Part shown: piece by piece, positions 8,757 through 17,371 of the stretch | How the letters are laid out: each line of letters opens with the position of its first letter | Position numbering within the stretch: position 1 is the stretch's first letter | Source: a virus | Length of the DNA stretch: 64,000 nt | IMG/VR virus record: IMGVR_UViG_3300050021_000500 | Coordinates: 19,915-83,914 of that record | Strand: one strand, 5' to 3' | Program-made: the position numbers and the translations under genes | Notes under the pieces: model-generated | Databases searched by the model: none | Told to the model about the DNA's origin: nothing | What the model saw: only the letters and a program-made list of their open reading frames with translations

Positions 8757-9181
8757 AGGGCACGCTCCCATTCCCAAAGTCCCAGCGCGCCCGTGGCGGG
8801 AATCGGCTCGGGCAGTTGCTCCACGTCTTCGAGAATCCATGCAAAACGACCTGGCGAATAGTCCCCGAAGGCGCGCTCTCTGGCATCGAGTCGTTCTTCG
8901 AATGCGAGCGATGTCAGGGTACACGCGACAAGGCGGCATGTTGCCAAAATGCAGCCAAGAGGATAGGCGGCGTAAATCTTGCCGATCGGCGTGGCGAAGA
9001 TTCGCGCGGCATCGTAGCAAACTGGCTCCAAAGTAAACTCGCGCGCCCACCTTGGAAACCCCTTCGCCGCATGGATAGCCAGCGGACCACGGTAGGATGT
9101 GCGCCATGAGCGTGTCTCAATCTTCTTGGCCGAAATCGCGATCAAGGTCGCGTAGGGCTGGGTGAGGGTAAGGGCCTTCAT
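8753..9181 (-). CDS. ASCH domain protein
   Basis: MKALTLTQPYATLIAISAKKIETRSWRTSYRGPLAIHA..GALGLW. Confidence 0.9.
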   Translation of the reverse strand: MKALTLTQPYATLIAISAKKIETRSWRTSYRGPLAIHAAKGFPRWAREFTLEPVCYDAARIFATPIGKIYAAYPLGCILATCRLVACTLTSLAFEERLDARERAFGDYSPGRFAWILEDVEQLPEPIPATGALGLWEWERAL

Positions 9182-9387
9182 ACCGGCCTCCGTAGAAACT
9201 GGAGCGCCGCGGTGTAGGCTTGCTCGTAGCCATCCCCGAGGTGCTTCCATAGGGGTAGCTGCAGGGCGCGCGGCAGGCGTTCGTAGCACGTGCGGCAAAA
9301 AGTCTGACCCTTCGACTTTTCCCCGCCACATTGGCAAACTTCGCCGCGCAGTTCGCGCAGGATGGGGACGTTGATAGGGCTGCTCAT
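9178..9387 (-). CDS. Small Zn-finger protein (paralogue of 8167-8370)
   Basis: GEVCQCG..FCRTCYERLP. Confidence 0.7.
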   Translation of the reverse strand: MSSPINVPILRELRGEVCQCGGEKSKGQTFCRTCYERLPRALQLPLWKHLGDGYEQAYTAALQFLRRPV

Positions 9388-10172
9388 TCTGCAACCTTCC
9401 CGCCGAATTCCTGAGTGCACGCGCGCCAGAACGCGCAGTACTTGCGAGAGCACAAATTAGAATTACGGTTTGGCAGAAACATGCCCGCGCGGATTGCCTG
9501 CTGCACGAGGGGGTACATCTTAGTCGTCTGGTCCACGTCGGCCTGGGACACCGTGAAGTCCTGGGATATCAGGGCCGGCACTTTGGTCTTGGTCAGCGTA
9601 TCGACCTGCACTTTGCCGCTGGCACCCGGCGTGATCTGCACATATGTCGACGTCTGAAACCGATAGTCCGGGCTGATCTCGGACGGCTTGCGCGCGGCCG
9701 TTTTGAAGTCCCGGATGCGCCCGTTGACCTCCAACAGATCCACATAACCCTGCACCAGCACGCCGCCGATGCGACCGGACACGGGGAGTTCGACCGCCGC
9801 CGGCTCGATCTCCGGGCAGGTTTCATCCAGGTACTTCAGCACAAGTGCTTCGCCTTGCGCTTTGAGATCCGCGGGGATTTCATCGTCACGGAATTCGGCC
9901 TCGGCCGATTTTTCCGCCCACGCCTGGCGATAGATTGCAATTACGCCAGTGGCCGGCAGGTCCCGCTTGGTTTCGATCTTCTGTTCCAGGTTGGCACCGA
10001 TTGCGGCGTGGACGGCCGATCCCAGCGTCAGCGCTCCCGTGGGCGGATCCGGTAACTTCGCAATTTTCCGGAAGTACCACTTGGCGCCGCAACCCAAAAA
10101 TTGATTAGCGCTGCTGGGGGACAGGATGTCCCCCGGAGCGTCGTAGAGAATCGCCGTGCGGGCGGCGCTCAC
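9384..10172 (-). CDS. RecB/Cas4-like PD-(D/E)xK exonuclease
   Basis: LSPSS..C..W, GSAVH, GYVDLL..DFKT, Q...Y, and a C-terminal Cys cluster. Confidence 0.9.
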   Translation of the reverse strand: MSAARTAILYDAPGDILSPSSANQFLGCGAKWYFRKIAKLPDPPTGALTLGSAVHAAIGANLEQKIETKRDLPATGVIAIYRQAWAEKSAEAEFRDDEIPADLKAQGEALVLKYLDETCPEIEPAAVELPVSGRIGGVLVQGYVDLLEVNGRIRDFKTAARKPSEISPDYRFQTSTYVQITPGASGKVQVDTLTKTKVPALISQDFTVSQADVDQTTKMYPLVQQAIRAGMFLPNRNSNLCSRKYCAFWRACTQEFGGKVAE

Positions 10173-10897
10173 CTCGCACCGCCGCGCTGCCAGCAGGACA
10201 GAAAACCGTCGCGGGCCGCCTGAATCAACAGGGTAGAGACGGCGTCCTGCTTGGCCGCATCGCTCCATTGCTCGCCGGCCGCCTTCAGCGCGTCGACCAC
10301 AACCTGGAGCAACTCGCGGAAGGCCACGTCGTAGGGAATCTTCACCGGCGGTGCCGGGATGCCTGCGGTGAGGTACGGCTTGGGAGCGCCGTTGCTGCCG
10401 TTGGGTGGCGGCGCGCCGTTGCCGTTACCGTTTGTGGATTTGATACCATCGCCGTATGCGTTGTTGTTAGGAGCGGCACGCACGATAGCCGCTTCGACCG
10501 GGGCGGGCGCTGATACGCTCGCTCCGGCCCTTGCCTTACGCGCCAGTATCCCCGCGCGGACTTCGGCTTCGATGTCGCTTTCCGGGATGCCGGCCAGTGC
10601 GGCGGGAGAAGGCGCGGTAGCGGTGTTGACCTCGCCAGTCTGCGGTCTCCAGATATCCCATTGCACGGGATCACCCTTTTTGCCAGTCCAGCGCTTGCAG
10701 ATTGCGATGGTTTCATTTCTGTGCGGCTCCAATAGATTCAACTTGGCCGACACATCCAGGTTGAGGTACATGCAGCGACCATCTGCCAGCGAGTAAAACA
10801 TCTGATCGCCAAAACGACCGGTCTGGTCGAGCTTGCCTTCGGGGAATTTGAGGGCAATAGTTTCGATCACGTTGGGCTGAAATAACACCTTATTCAT
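10169..10897 (-). CDS. Hypothetical protein, possible ssDNA-binding or annealing partner of the exonuclease
   Basis: Clear ORF with RBS. Function inferred only from adjacency. Confidence 0.6.
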   Translation of the reverse strand: MNKVLFQPNVIETIALKFPEGKLDQTGRFGDQMFYSLADGRCMYLNLDVSAKLNLLEPHRNETIAICKRWTGKKGDPVQWDIWRPQTGEVNTATAPSPAALAGIPESDIEAEVRAGILARKARAGASVSAPAPVEAAIVRAAPNNNAYGDGIKSTNGNGNGAPPPNGSNGAPKPYLTAGIPAPPVKIPYDVAFRELLQVVVDALKAAGEQWSDAAKQDAVSTLLIQAARDGFLSCWQRGGAR

Positions 10898-11032
10898 ACG
10901 TTCCTTTCTGGCGGTTTAGAGCCCGCCACGGCTTTGTAAAATCTGTAGGCGAAAACGGGGCGCCGCGAACGGGGCCGCAGGGGCGCCGCAGTGCGATGGG
11001 GGAAGGAACCCGCGGCCTGACATTCACCCCTC

Positions 11033-11215
11033 CTATACCTTCGTTTTGTAAATCCAAACTTTTTCGTGCTTCCGTCCCGGTTTCCCCAGGAGTCCTCTAC
11101 GCTGTGCCTCCAGGGCCACGGGGCAAATCCACTCCTTCCCCTCACCCGGCTTGGTGCCGACCGGCCGCAACAGGGTGTTGCAGACCGGGCAGCGGGGCTG
11201 AGGGGGTTCCGGCAT
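11033..11215 (-). CDS. Small Zn-binding hypothetical protein
   Basis: CPVC..WICP; TAAATG coupling. Confidence 0.55.
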   Translation of the reverse strand: MPEPPQPRCPVCNTLLRPVGTKPGEGKEWICPVALEAQRRGLLGKPGRKHEKVWIYKTKV

Positions 11216-11472
11216 TTACGCTTCCATCCTTCGTTTGTCGTGCGTGCTGTAGCCGCGCTCGTTGCACGGGGTCACCGACAGGATGGCCGCCGGCATGATC
11301 CGTTCTTCTTCGTCGTTAAGGTATGCTGCGTGTTCTCACGGGAGAAGCCATTGGCCTGCAACCGCTTGACAGTCTCGTCAAGAGAAGCAACCACCTCCAT
11401 GACGTACGAATCGAAGACGGGGGCCGCGTCGCCCCTCCGACGCAAGTATTGGATTCTCACAAACTGTGGCAT
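11216..11472 (-). pseudogene. Frameshifted hypothetical gene
   Basis: The ORF stops at 11272, but another frame (DEEERIMPAAILSV..KRRMEA*) ends coupled to the next ATG. Confidence 0.5.
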
Positions 11473-11475
11473 GGC

Positions 11476-11820
11476 CTACGCTTCCATCCTGCGTTTGAGA
11501 TTTTGCAAAGTCGCCTTTGCAGCTTTTACGTGGTGCAGGTTGATCTGGTCGTCGCTGGGCAGCGAGTAGCGGTCCACCACCTCCAGTTCCGCAATCGCGT
11601 CTGAGAGCCCTTCCATGTGCAACTTCGCTTCGCGGTCCTGGTCCGCCGCCCAGCTCAATTCGTCGGGCTCGTAATCGTCGGCGCTGTCGTTGATGGTCTT
11701 CACCGCGGAGCGCATCTCCTGGTACAGCGCTGGCACGAAGCGGTCCAGGTCGAGGTGCTCCTCTCTGAGCGATTCCACCACCTGGGCGGCCATGGTCGAA
11801 TAGAACTTGTCGAGTCGCAT
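11476..11820 (-). CDS. Hypothetical protein
   Basis: ORF in the early operon. Confidence 0.7.
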   Translation of the reverse strand: MRLDKFYSTMAAQVVESLREEHLDLDRFVPALYQEMRSAVKTINDSADDYEPDELSWAADQDREAKLHMEGLSDAIAELEVVDRYSLPSDDQINLHHVKAAKATLQNLKRRMEA

Positions 11821-11841
11821 AACGATATTCCCTCGCAGCAT

Positions 11842-12314
11842 CTACGCCACCTCACTTTGCCGCCGTCTAAGATCTCTGTTGTCCGCTTCCAGTTTGTTGA
11901 CTTGAAGTACGAGACTGCGGACCTGATCCTCCAAGTCCATAATTCGCTCGCTTTTCAGCAATTCGGCGTGCGCATCTACGATCTTCTTTCGCAATTCGAT
12001 ACAGCCTGTTTCGAACAGCGCACCATGAATGACTGGGTGCTCCTTTCCCCTGCCCGTATACCAGCGTTCATCGCACGACAGGTAGCCGCGCATCATCTCG
12101 TCGTTACCGGCCAGTAGAGCTTCAACCGCATTCGTGGCCATGCGCTCGACGTGAGAAGCGAGATTATACGCCAGCGAGCCTTTGATGCCGTATTCGATGG
12201 ATTCGGTAAGGGTATCCGCGATGCTTCGGGCCTGCTTATTGGCCGCCGCGAGCGCTTCATCCGAGAATCCGGCCTGTAGGACCTCTTCGAGTTTCGATCT
12301 GAGTAGTTTCATCA
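11842..12314 (-). CDS. Hypothetical coiled-coil protein
   Basis: ORF in the early operon. Confidence 0.7.
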
Positions 12315-12326
12315 TCGTCCCTTCTT

Positions 12327-12533
12327 TTAAAATGGGCATTCTTGAGCCACAACGGGCTCGTACTGTTCGTAGCGCTCTGCCGGCGTCACCGCGCGAAGGG
12401 CTACATTCCACCAACTCTCAGGGTCGTGCAACTCGCAGCCGCGGGCGTCGAACAGATCGACGTCCGTCTGCGTGCAGGTGCATCGCGGCTCCTGGTCTTC
12501 CATCTCGATGAGGCGGCGGCCCAAGCGGTTCAC
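12327..12533 (-). CDS. Small Cys/His protein
   Basis: CTC..DVD.FDARGCELH. Confidence 0.65.
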   Translation of the reverse strand: MNRLGRRLIEMEDQEPRCTCTQTDVDLFDARGCELHDPESWWNVALRAVTPAERYEQYEPVVAQECPF

Positions 12534-12814
12534 CTTGCCTCCTCGAGGCGGATCATCAAATCCGCCACTGCGGAAGCCTTCGTCGGGCCGTATCCGTACG
12601 GCCCATATTCTTCGTGGCCGTCAATCACCGCCGCCCAATCGAACTGGCATGTGGGGATAGGCGGACGTACGTAGTCCACGGAGATCAGCAGATTACCTTC
12701 GCCGTTACAGGCGCGGCACTTCGGATCGGCCTCCAGGCGCGTCTGCGTATTCGGGCTGGGCCGGATACCTTGCGGCTGTTCGCTCAGGCAGATGCAGCGT
12801 TCGCTGATTGTCAT
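12530..12814 (-). CDS. Small phage protein with Zn ribbon
   Basis: CRACNGEG; DWAAV..GPYGYGPTKASAVADL. Confidence 0.65.
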   Translation of the reverse strand: MTISERCICLSEQPQGIRPSPNTQTRLEADPKCRACNGEGNLLISVDYVRPPIPTCQFDWAAVIDGHEEYGPYGYGPTKASAVADLMIRLEEAR

Positions 12815-13035
12815 AAACTCCTCCGTCCTTTCCGTGCTTGCCGCTTCTCCTTGCGCTGTTCCTCGATCACCCGCTTCACGGCCAGCCAGAGGCAGGCGTC
12901 GTAGCTGATGGTGTAGCGCTGCCGGGTGCCCTTCGGCCGCACCTCGAGGTGTCTCGGGTGCAGGGTGACAATCAGAGGCTTGCCGCGGTCCATGCAGGTT
13001 GATTCGCGGGTCACTGGTTTGGTGAGTAGGGTCAT
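12811..13035 (-). CDS. Small basic hypothetical protein
   Basis: ATGA overlaps. Confidence 0.7.
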   Translation of the reverse strand: MTLLTKPVTRESTCMDRGKPLIVTLHPRHLEVRPKGTRQRYTISYDACLWLAVKRVIEEQRKEKRQARKGRRSL

Positions 13036-13304
13036 GGGCGCCCGTCCGTTTCGTCGATCGCCTTGCGGAGATCTGTCCAGCCATCCGGTAGCCCGAGCGA
13101 CTCCGATACTTCCTCCGGAGCCTGCATAAGCCGATTGTGCAGGTCATCCAGCCGGCGCGTGTCCTCATTGCCTGCATCGCGGGCGCGCTCGTAGCGGATT
13201 ACAAGCCCTTCCATGAAAGGAGCCAGGTCCCCCTGGCTCGGCTTCCAACCACGATCTAAAGCGAAACCCAACATACGTTGAGCAAATACATCATTCTTTG
13301 TCAT
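13032..13304 (-). CDS. Hypothetical protein
   Basis: ATGA overlaps. Confidence 0.6.
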   Translation of the reverse strand: MTKNDVFAQRMLGFALDRGWKPSQGDLAPFMEGLVIRYERARDAGNEDTRRLDDLHNRLMQAPEEVSESLGLPDGWTDLRKAIDETDGRP

Positions 13305-13419
13305 GGCCGCACCGCCGATCCGCTCCACGGCAAGGGCGTGCCGCACAACCAAGCGAAAACGAACGCCAACAGAATGCCCAGCAGAATCCCTACAATTGCG
13401 GAGCTCGCTCTATTCAGCA

Positions 13420-13788
13420 TCACGCCACCTCTTGCATAAATGCCGCTGCTTCTTCCAGCGTGCAGCCGGCCTCGGCCAGCATGACATACCGCCGGATGAC
13501 CGGTTCCGGCGCCATCTCGATCCCGGCGGCGCAGATTGCGCAGCACTTCAACGGACGGTCGGCGCCATCGGGGATCAGGATCAGGTGCGCCAGGCAGAAG
13601 CGGTGGCCGCATCCATCGCAGTGGAAGCCGAAGTGTTCCAAGCAGACGGACAAGCAGAGCCAGGTGTCGCAACTCGGATCGGCGCACTTTACGGAGGGGA
13701 TGGACGCGCGGCCGTCTTCGTCGCGGTCCAGGTGGTGGAAGGTGGTTTGGCAGGTATTGCAGGTTTCGGTAGTGGCGGCGTACTGCAT
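13420..13788 (-). CDS. Cys-rich Zn-finger protein, first gene of the leftward early operon
   Basis: Multiple CxxC/CxxH; GGAGG RBS. Confidence 0.75.
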   Translation of the reverse strand: MQYAATTETCNTCQTTFHHLDRDEDGRASIPSVKCADPSCDTWLCLSVCLEHFGFHCDGCGHRFCLAHLILIPDGADRPLKCCAICAAGIEMAPEPVIRRYVMLAEAGCTLEEAAAFMQEVA

Positions 13789-13894
13789 ATAGGAACCTCC
13801 GTTCCCGGGTCACAACTCTCTTCTTTCCCTGCGAGGAAGCCCCCGCGGGGGGTAGGGTTGGCAGGTGCGTCTCGTACACCCGTCCAACCCTAAA

Positions 13895-13926
13895 AACATA
13901 TTATCATTGTCAATATGTTGTGTCAA
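13895..13926 (-). promoter_or_regulatory. Consensus sigma70 promoter with overlapping operator palindrome
   Basis: TTGACA-17-TAATAT on the minus strand; inverted repeat AACATATT(13895)/AATATGTT(13912). Confidence 0.85.
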
Positions 13927-13988
13927 GGGAAATCTACTGGCTTTCTCAATATATTTTATGGTAGAGTGAATATGTTACGATTGCGAAC

Positions 13989-14165
13989 ATGCCGATAGAC
14001 CCAAAAATGGTTTGCGACTGCCTACGATGCGGACACGGCTGGATCAAGCGGATAAAGCGTAGGCCGTTCAGTTGTCCGAAGTGCAAGCAGCCGAAGTGGG
14101 ACACCCCATCGCCTGGCGTTGGGCGCCCTAAGGCGGCGAAAGCGAAGGCAAAGGCGGGCAGGTAA
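13989..14165 (+). CDS. 58-aa Zn-ribbon plus AT-hook-like protein, candidate repressor (absent from ORF track)
   Basis: MPIDPKMVCDCLRCGHGWIKRIKRRPFSCPKCKQPKWDTPSPGVGRPKAAK. Confidence 0.75.
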   Translation: MPIDPKMVCDCLRCGHGWIKRIKRRPFSCPKCKQPKWDTPSPGVGRPKAAKAKAKAGR

Positions 14166-14230
14166 AAGCCGGGTCGGGGAAAGGGTAGACTCCTTCCCCA
14201 CGGCCCTAAATCAAACACGAGGAGACTCTC

Positions 14231-14851
14231 ATGGATGATCTGAAAACGACGGTAGCACGAAACGAAACGCCAGGCCGGCAGGAATTGGCCAAGGCAACCG
14301 TGACCGACGCCATCAAAAAAGACCTGCGGGATAATCCCCCTGGCCGCCTCTACGATCCCGGCGCCCGCGCTTTCAACCTGATGCAGGAATTGGACCCCTC
14401 AACTCAGGCACACGTACTTTTGGGAGTGATCGCCGGCATGTACCAACAGCAGGGGGATCAGGTCGTCAGGAAGAAGATGGAGTCCGAACCCCGGCAGGGA
14501 TGGCTGGCCATGTCGGAGTACGCGCACGTTCCGCAGGTGCTCAAGGTTAAGGCTGGGTTCGTGTCCACGGATGATGCCTCGCCGGAACAATACACCGAAT
14601 CTCTGGAAGGGGCGGAAGCGCGGCTTCGGGCGTGGCTGCTACCGCGAGTTTCGGCGGACAACCTGCGGCTCCAAAGGCAGAAGATCCGCGAGATGAAGAA
14701 GGCCCGGCGCGGCGCGGCACTTCAGTACGCTGGCGCGCCGGAAATGAGCATCGGGCAGGCCATGGCGCTGCACTTGGCGAACTTGGAAAGCCCGAGAGCC
14801 AAGCACTACCGTGCAATCGCCTCGAAGGGCGGAAAGGCGAAAAACCGGTGA
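14231..14851 (+). CDS. Hypothetical protein with C-terminal KGG-like motif
   Basis: GGAG RBS; ends YRAIASKGGKAK. Confidence 0.7.
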   Translation: MDDLKTTVARNETPGRQELAKATVTDAIKKDLRDNPPGRLYDPGARAFNLMQELDPSTQAHVLLGVIAGMYQQQGDQVVRKKMESEPRQGWLAMSEYAHVPQVLKVKAGFVSTDDASPEQYTESLEGAEARLRAWLLPRVSADNLRLQRQKIREMKKARRGAALQYAGAPEMSIGQAMALHLANLESPRAKHYRAIASKGGKAKNR

Positions 14852-15009
14852 ACGAAGAATCAACAACTTACTGGCACTACACGATGTGGCTGCGCAACCA
14901 CGAAACGGGACCGTGGGGCCAAACGAATAATCAAGAAGATCCCGGAACAGAAAAAGCCCGCATTGTGTTGCGGGGCTGACACACCTCAGGAAAAAGTAGA
15001 AGGAGAACA

Positions 15010-15405
15010 ATGCGAACACGAAACGTCCTCGCCGCCTTAATGGGGCTGATACTCACGGCTGTCATTGCCACCGCTCAGATCCAAGCCAGTCCGGCGCCGG
15101 TGGCACCGAAGCACCATCACAAGGCGCTCGGCACATTGCTATTTGTCGGCGGCGTCGGCTTGGTGGCTCTGGGCGCTATCGCTTTATCGCGGCCCTGCCC
15201 CGCTGTGGACCGCTCTCAGCAAATATCCCTGCAAACCGGGAGCCTGGCAGGCGCGGGCTCCTGTGGATCCTCGTGGTTTCAGAAGGACAAAACGGCCATC
15301 GGCGCTTCGGGAATCGGGGCTGGAGCGGTCTTGGTGGTGGCCGGCATCGCCGTCATGCGTAAATCGGAGAAACCCGAAGTCTCTACGGCAGGTGTAATCA
15401 AATAG
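15010..15405 (+). CDS. Membrane protein (signal peptide plus two TM)
   Basis: Hydrophobic segments; AAGGAG RBS. Confidence 0.75.
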   Translation: MRTRNVLAALMGLILTAVIATAQIQASPAPVAPKHHHKALGTLLFVGGVGLVALGAIALSRPCPAVDRSQQISLQTGSLAGAGSCGSSWFQKDKTAIGASGIGAGAVLVVAGIAVMRKSEKPEVSTAGVIK

Positions 15406-15414
15406 GCGGTGATC

Positions 15415-15591
15415 ATGAGTTGGGAAGCATGGGGCAGCGATGAATCGGTCGATATCGACCAACTCTACAACCGGGGTTGGGAGTCGGATTCGGACTGCGA
15501 CAAATGGTGGAAGGCTGGAGAGCCAGAGACTGTATACACGATGGCTGAAGCTATCCAAGCCTACGAGGATTGGCTCTATGCCGAAGACTGA
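15415..15591 (+). CDS. Small acidic Trp-rich protein
   Basis: Short ORF rich in D/E/W. Confidence 0.55.
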   Translation: MSWEAWGSDESVDIDQLYNRGWESDSDCDKWWKAGEPETVYTMAEAIQAYEDWLYAED

Positions 15592-15644
15592 GCGGCGGCG
15601 AATTCCGTGGACTCAACCACAGCGTGTGGCGGCGGTTTAAAGCT

Positions 15645-16259
15645 ATGCGCGCCGCCGTCTATGCCCGCGTCTCCACCACCGATCAAACGTGCGCGCTCCA
15701 ACTCGCCGAGCTGCGAACTTACGTGCAGGCCCGCGGTTGGGATCTCGCCGGTGAGTACGTCGACACCGGCTGGTCTGGTGCCAAAGCATCCCGGCCGGAA
15801 TTGGACCGGCTCATGCGGGACGCGCGCAAGCGCAGCGTGGACTGCGTCCTGGTCTGGAAACTTGACCGGTGGGCGCGCTCCGTCTCCCACCTGGTGAGCA
15901 GCCTCGAGGAGTTGAAAGGCCTCGGCGTGCGTTGGATTGCCGCGACGCAGAATCTGGATACCGACGAGTCCAACCCTGTGGGCCGGCTCATGACGCACCT
16001 CTTGGGAGCGGTGGCGGAGTTCGAGCGGGAGATGATTCGCGAGCGCACCTTAGCGGGGCTGGCCTACGCGCGGTCCAAGGGTCGTGTGGGGGGCCGGCCG
16101 GCAAAAGTCTTCGACCGCCAGCGTGCCCGGGATATGCGCAGCCAGAATCCACCGGTGAGCTGGCGCACTATCGCCCGCGAGTTGGGGATACCTCAGTCCT
16201 CGATCCGGCAGGCGCTCGGGGGTGTGCGTAAAACCCCTCCGCAAAAACCGCGAAAGTGA
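15645..16259 (+). CDS. Small serine recombinase (resolvase/invertase family), second copy
   Basis: YARVST, VWKLDRWARS, AEFEREMIRER, GGRP, HTH. Confidence 0.95.
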   Translation: MRAAVYARVSTTDQTCALQLAELRTYVQARGWDLAGEYVDTGWSGAKASRPELDRLMRDARKRSVDCVLVWKLDRWARSVSHLVSSLEELKGLGVRWIAATQNLDTDESNPVGRLMTHLLGAVAEFEREMIRERTLAGLAYARSKGRVGGRPAKVFDRQRARDMRSQNPPVSWRTIARELGIPQSSIRQALGGVRKTPPQKPRK

Positions 16260-17299
16260 GCGCCAGTTAAAGCCTGACGTTTGGCCGGTTGCGGGGTGCG
16301 GTCCTTACCGTTTGTCGCACACCTGGAAACTCCGGCATCCGCGATCGCTGCGAGAAGCGCTCGTTTCTTCAGTGGCGGCATGCGTTCGAGCTTTCCGGCC
16401 CAGCTTGCGATCTGCCGCTTGAGGTCCTGGCGCTGGCGCGTGTTCTCGCCCAAAAATTGGTAATCGTGCAACTCCACGGGTTCGGCAAAGTTGAACCAGA
16501 GCCATTCGGTTGCCATCCCGCCCCGCGTCATCGCCTCGAAGTGGATGCAGTTCCACCGTTTCAGCCTGAAGGTGTACATCTCAGACCAATACCCCGAAAT
16601 CATCACCCGGCACGGCAATTCCAGAATGGTGGCCAACAACTCCGCGTGCTGCTCGTCGCTCATTTCGTGGCGGTAGAGTCGCCCACCGGAACGCGTTTCC
16701 ATCAAGTAGGGTGGATCGCAATAGATTAGGTCGGTAGGCTGGAACGGGTACGACGCCAGGAAGGTGAGGCCGTCGCCGCGGAGGAACCGAAAGCTCGATC
16801 GACCAGCGGCGGATCCACAATCGGCGAGACTGCCGCCGGAGTACTCCGGTACCGGAGCGGCGATTGCGCCGCCGACGGCAGCCGTCCTTGATCGGCCAGC
16901 GGTGAACCTACCGCCGGAGGCCTTCAGCGGCGGATATGCCGCCTGGTGATGGGCACCGCTTCCTGGAACTGACGGCGGACCAACCGCTCCCGGATACAGC
17001 GGCAAACCTGCCGCGCCCACCAGGTCGCGCCAAGCTGCTCCCCCCGGCTTTTCCGCCGTTCCTCGAGCCCCGGCGCTTTCGCCGCTCAGGTCCTTGACGG
17101 CGTTTTCGCCCGTATGCGATCGCCACGACGCGATTACCTCCGCATCCAGGTCCACGCCGATGTTGTACGCCGCCGGCCGCTTTAGCCGCATTACCGCACC
17201 CCCGCCGAGGAACGGTTCGCAGTAAACCGGATGCGGCGGCATAAGATTGATCAGCCGGTGATAGACCCCCGGTCCGGATTTTCCACCTGGATAGCCCAT
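16193..17299 (-). CDS. Dam-like (D12 class) DNA adenine methyltransferase
   Basis: YPGGKS, YCEPFLGGGAV, YCDPPY, with a low-complexity insert between the motifs. Confidence 0.9.
   Translation of the reverse strand: MGYPGGKSGPGVYHRLINLMPPHPVYCEPFLGGGAVMRLKRPAAYNIGVDLDAEVIASWRSHTGENAVKDLSGESAGARGTAEKPGGAAWRDLVGAAGLPLYPGAVGPPSVPGSGAHHQAAYPPLKASGGRFTAGRSRTAAVGGAIAAPVPEYSGGSLADCGSAAGRSSFRFLRGDGLTFLASYPFQPTDLIYCDPPYLMETRSGGRLYRHEMSDEQHAELLATILELPCRVMISGYWSEMYTFRLKRWNCIHFEAMTRGGMATEWLWFNFAEPVELHDYQFLGENTRQRQDLKRQIASWAGKLERMPPLKKRALLAAIADAGVSRCATNGKDRTPQPAKRQALTGAHFRGFCGGVLRTPPSACRIED
16224..16320. promoter_or_regulatory. Putative res-like site for recombinase 15645-16259
   Basis: Half-site GTGCGTAAAACC at 16224 and inverted pair GTGCG..CGCAC at 16296-16320; same spacing as the site at 701-797. 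Confidence 0.45.
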
Positions 17300-17371
17300 G
17301 GGATCCAGAATCGGCGAAAACGCCGCTGATGTCAAGTAGGCAGGTTCCCGCACACCGCTCACGCCGCCCTG

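Noticed and set aside
9384-10172. cas4 of a CRISPR-Cas locus
   Set aside because: No other cas genes or array; stand-alone Cas4/RecB-like nucleases are common phage recombination genes.
808-16259. Invertible 14-kb segment between the two recombinases
   Set aside because: The putative sites differ in core sequence and no shared inverted crossover site was found.
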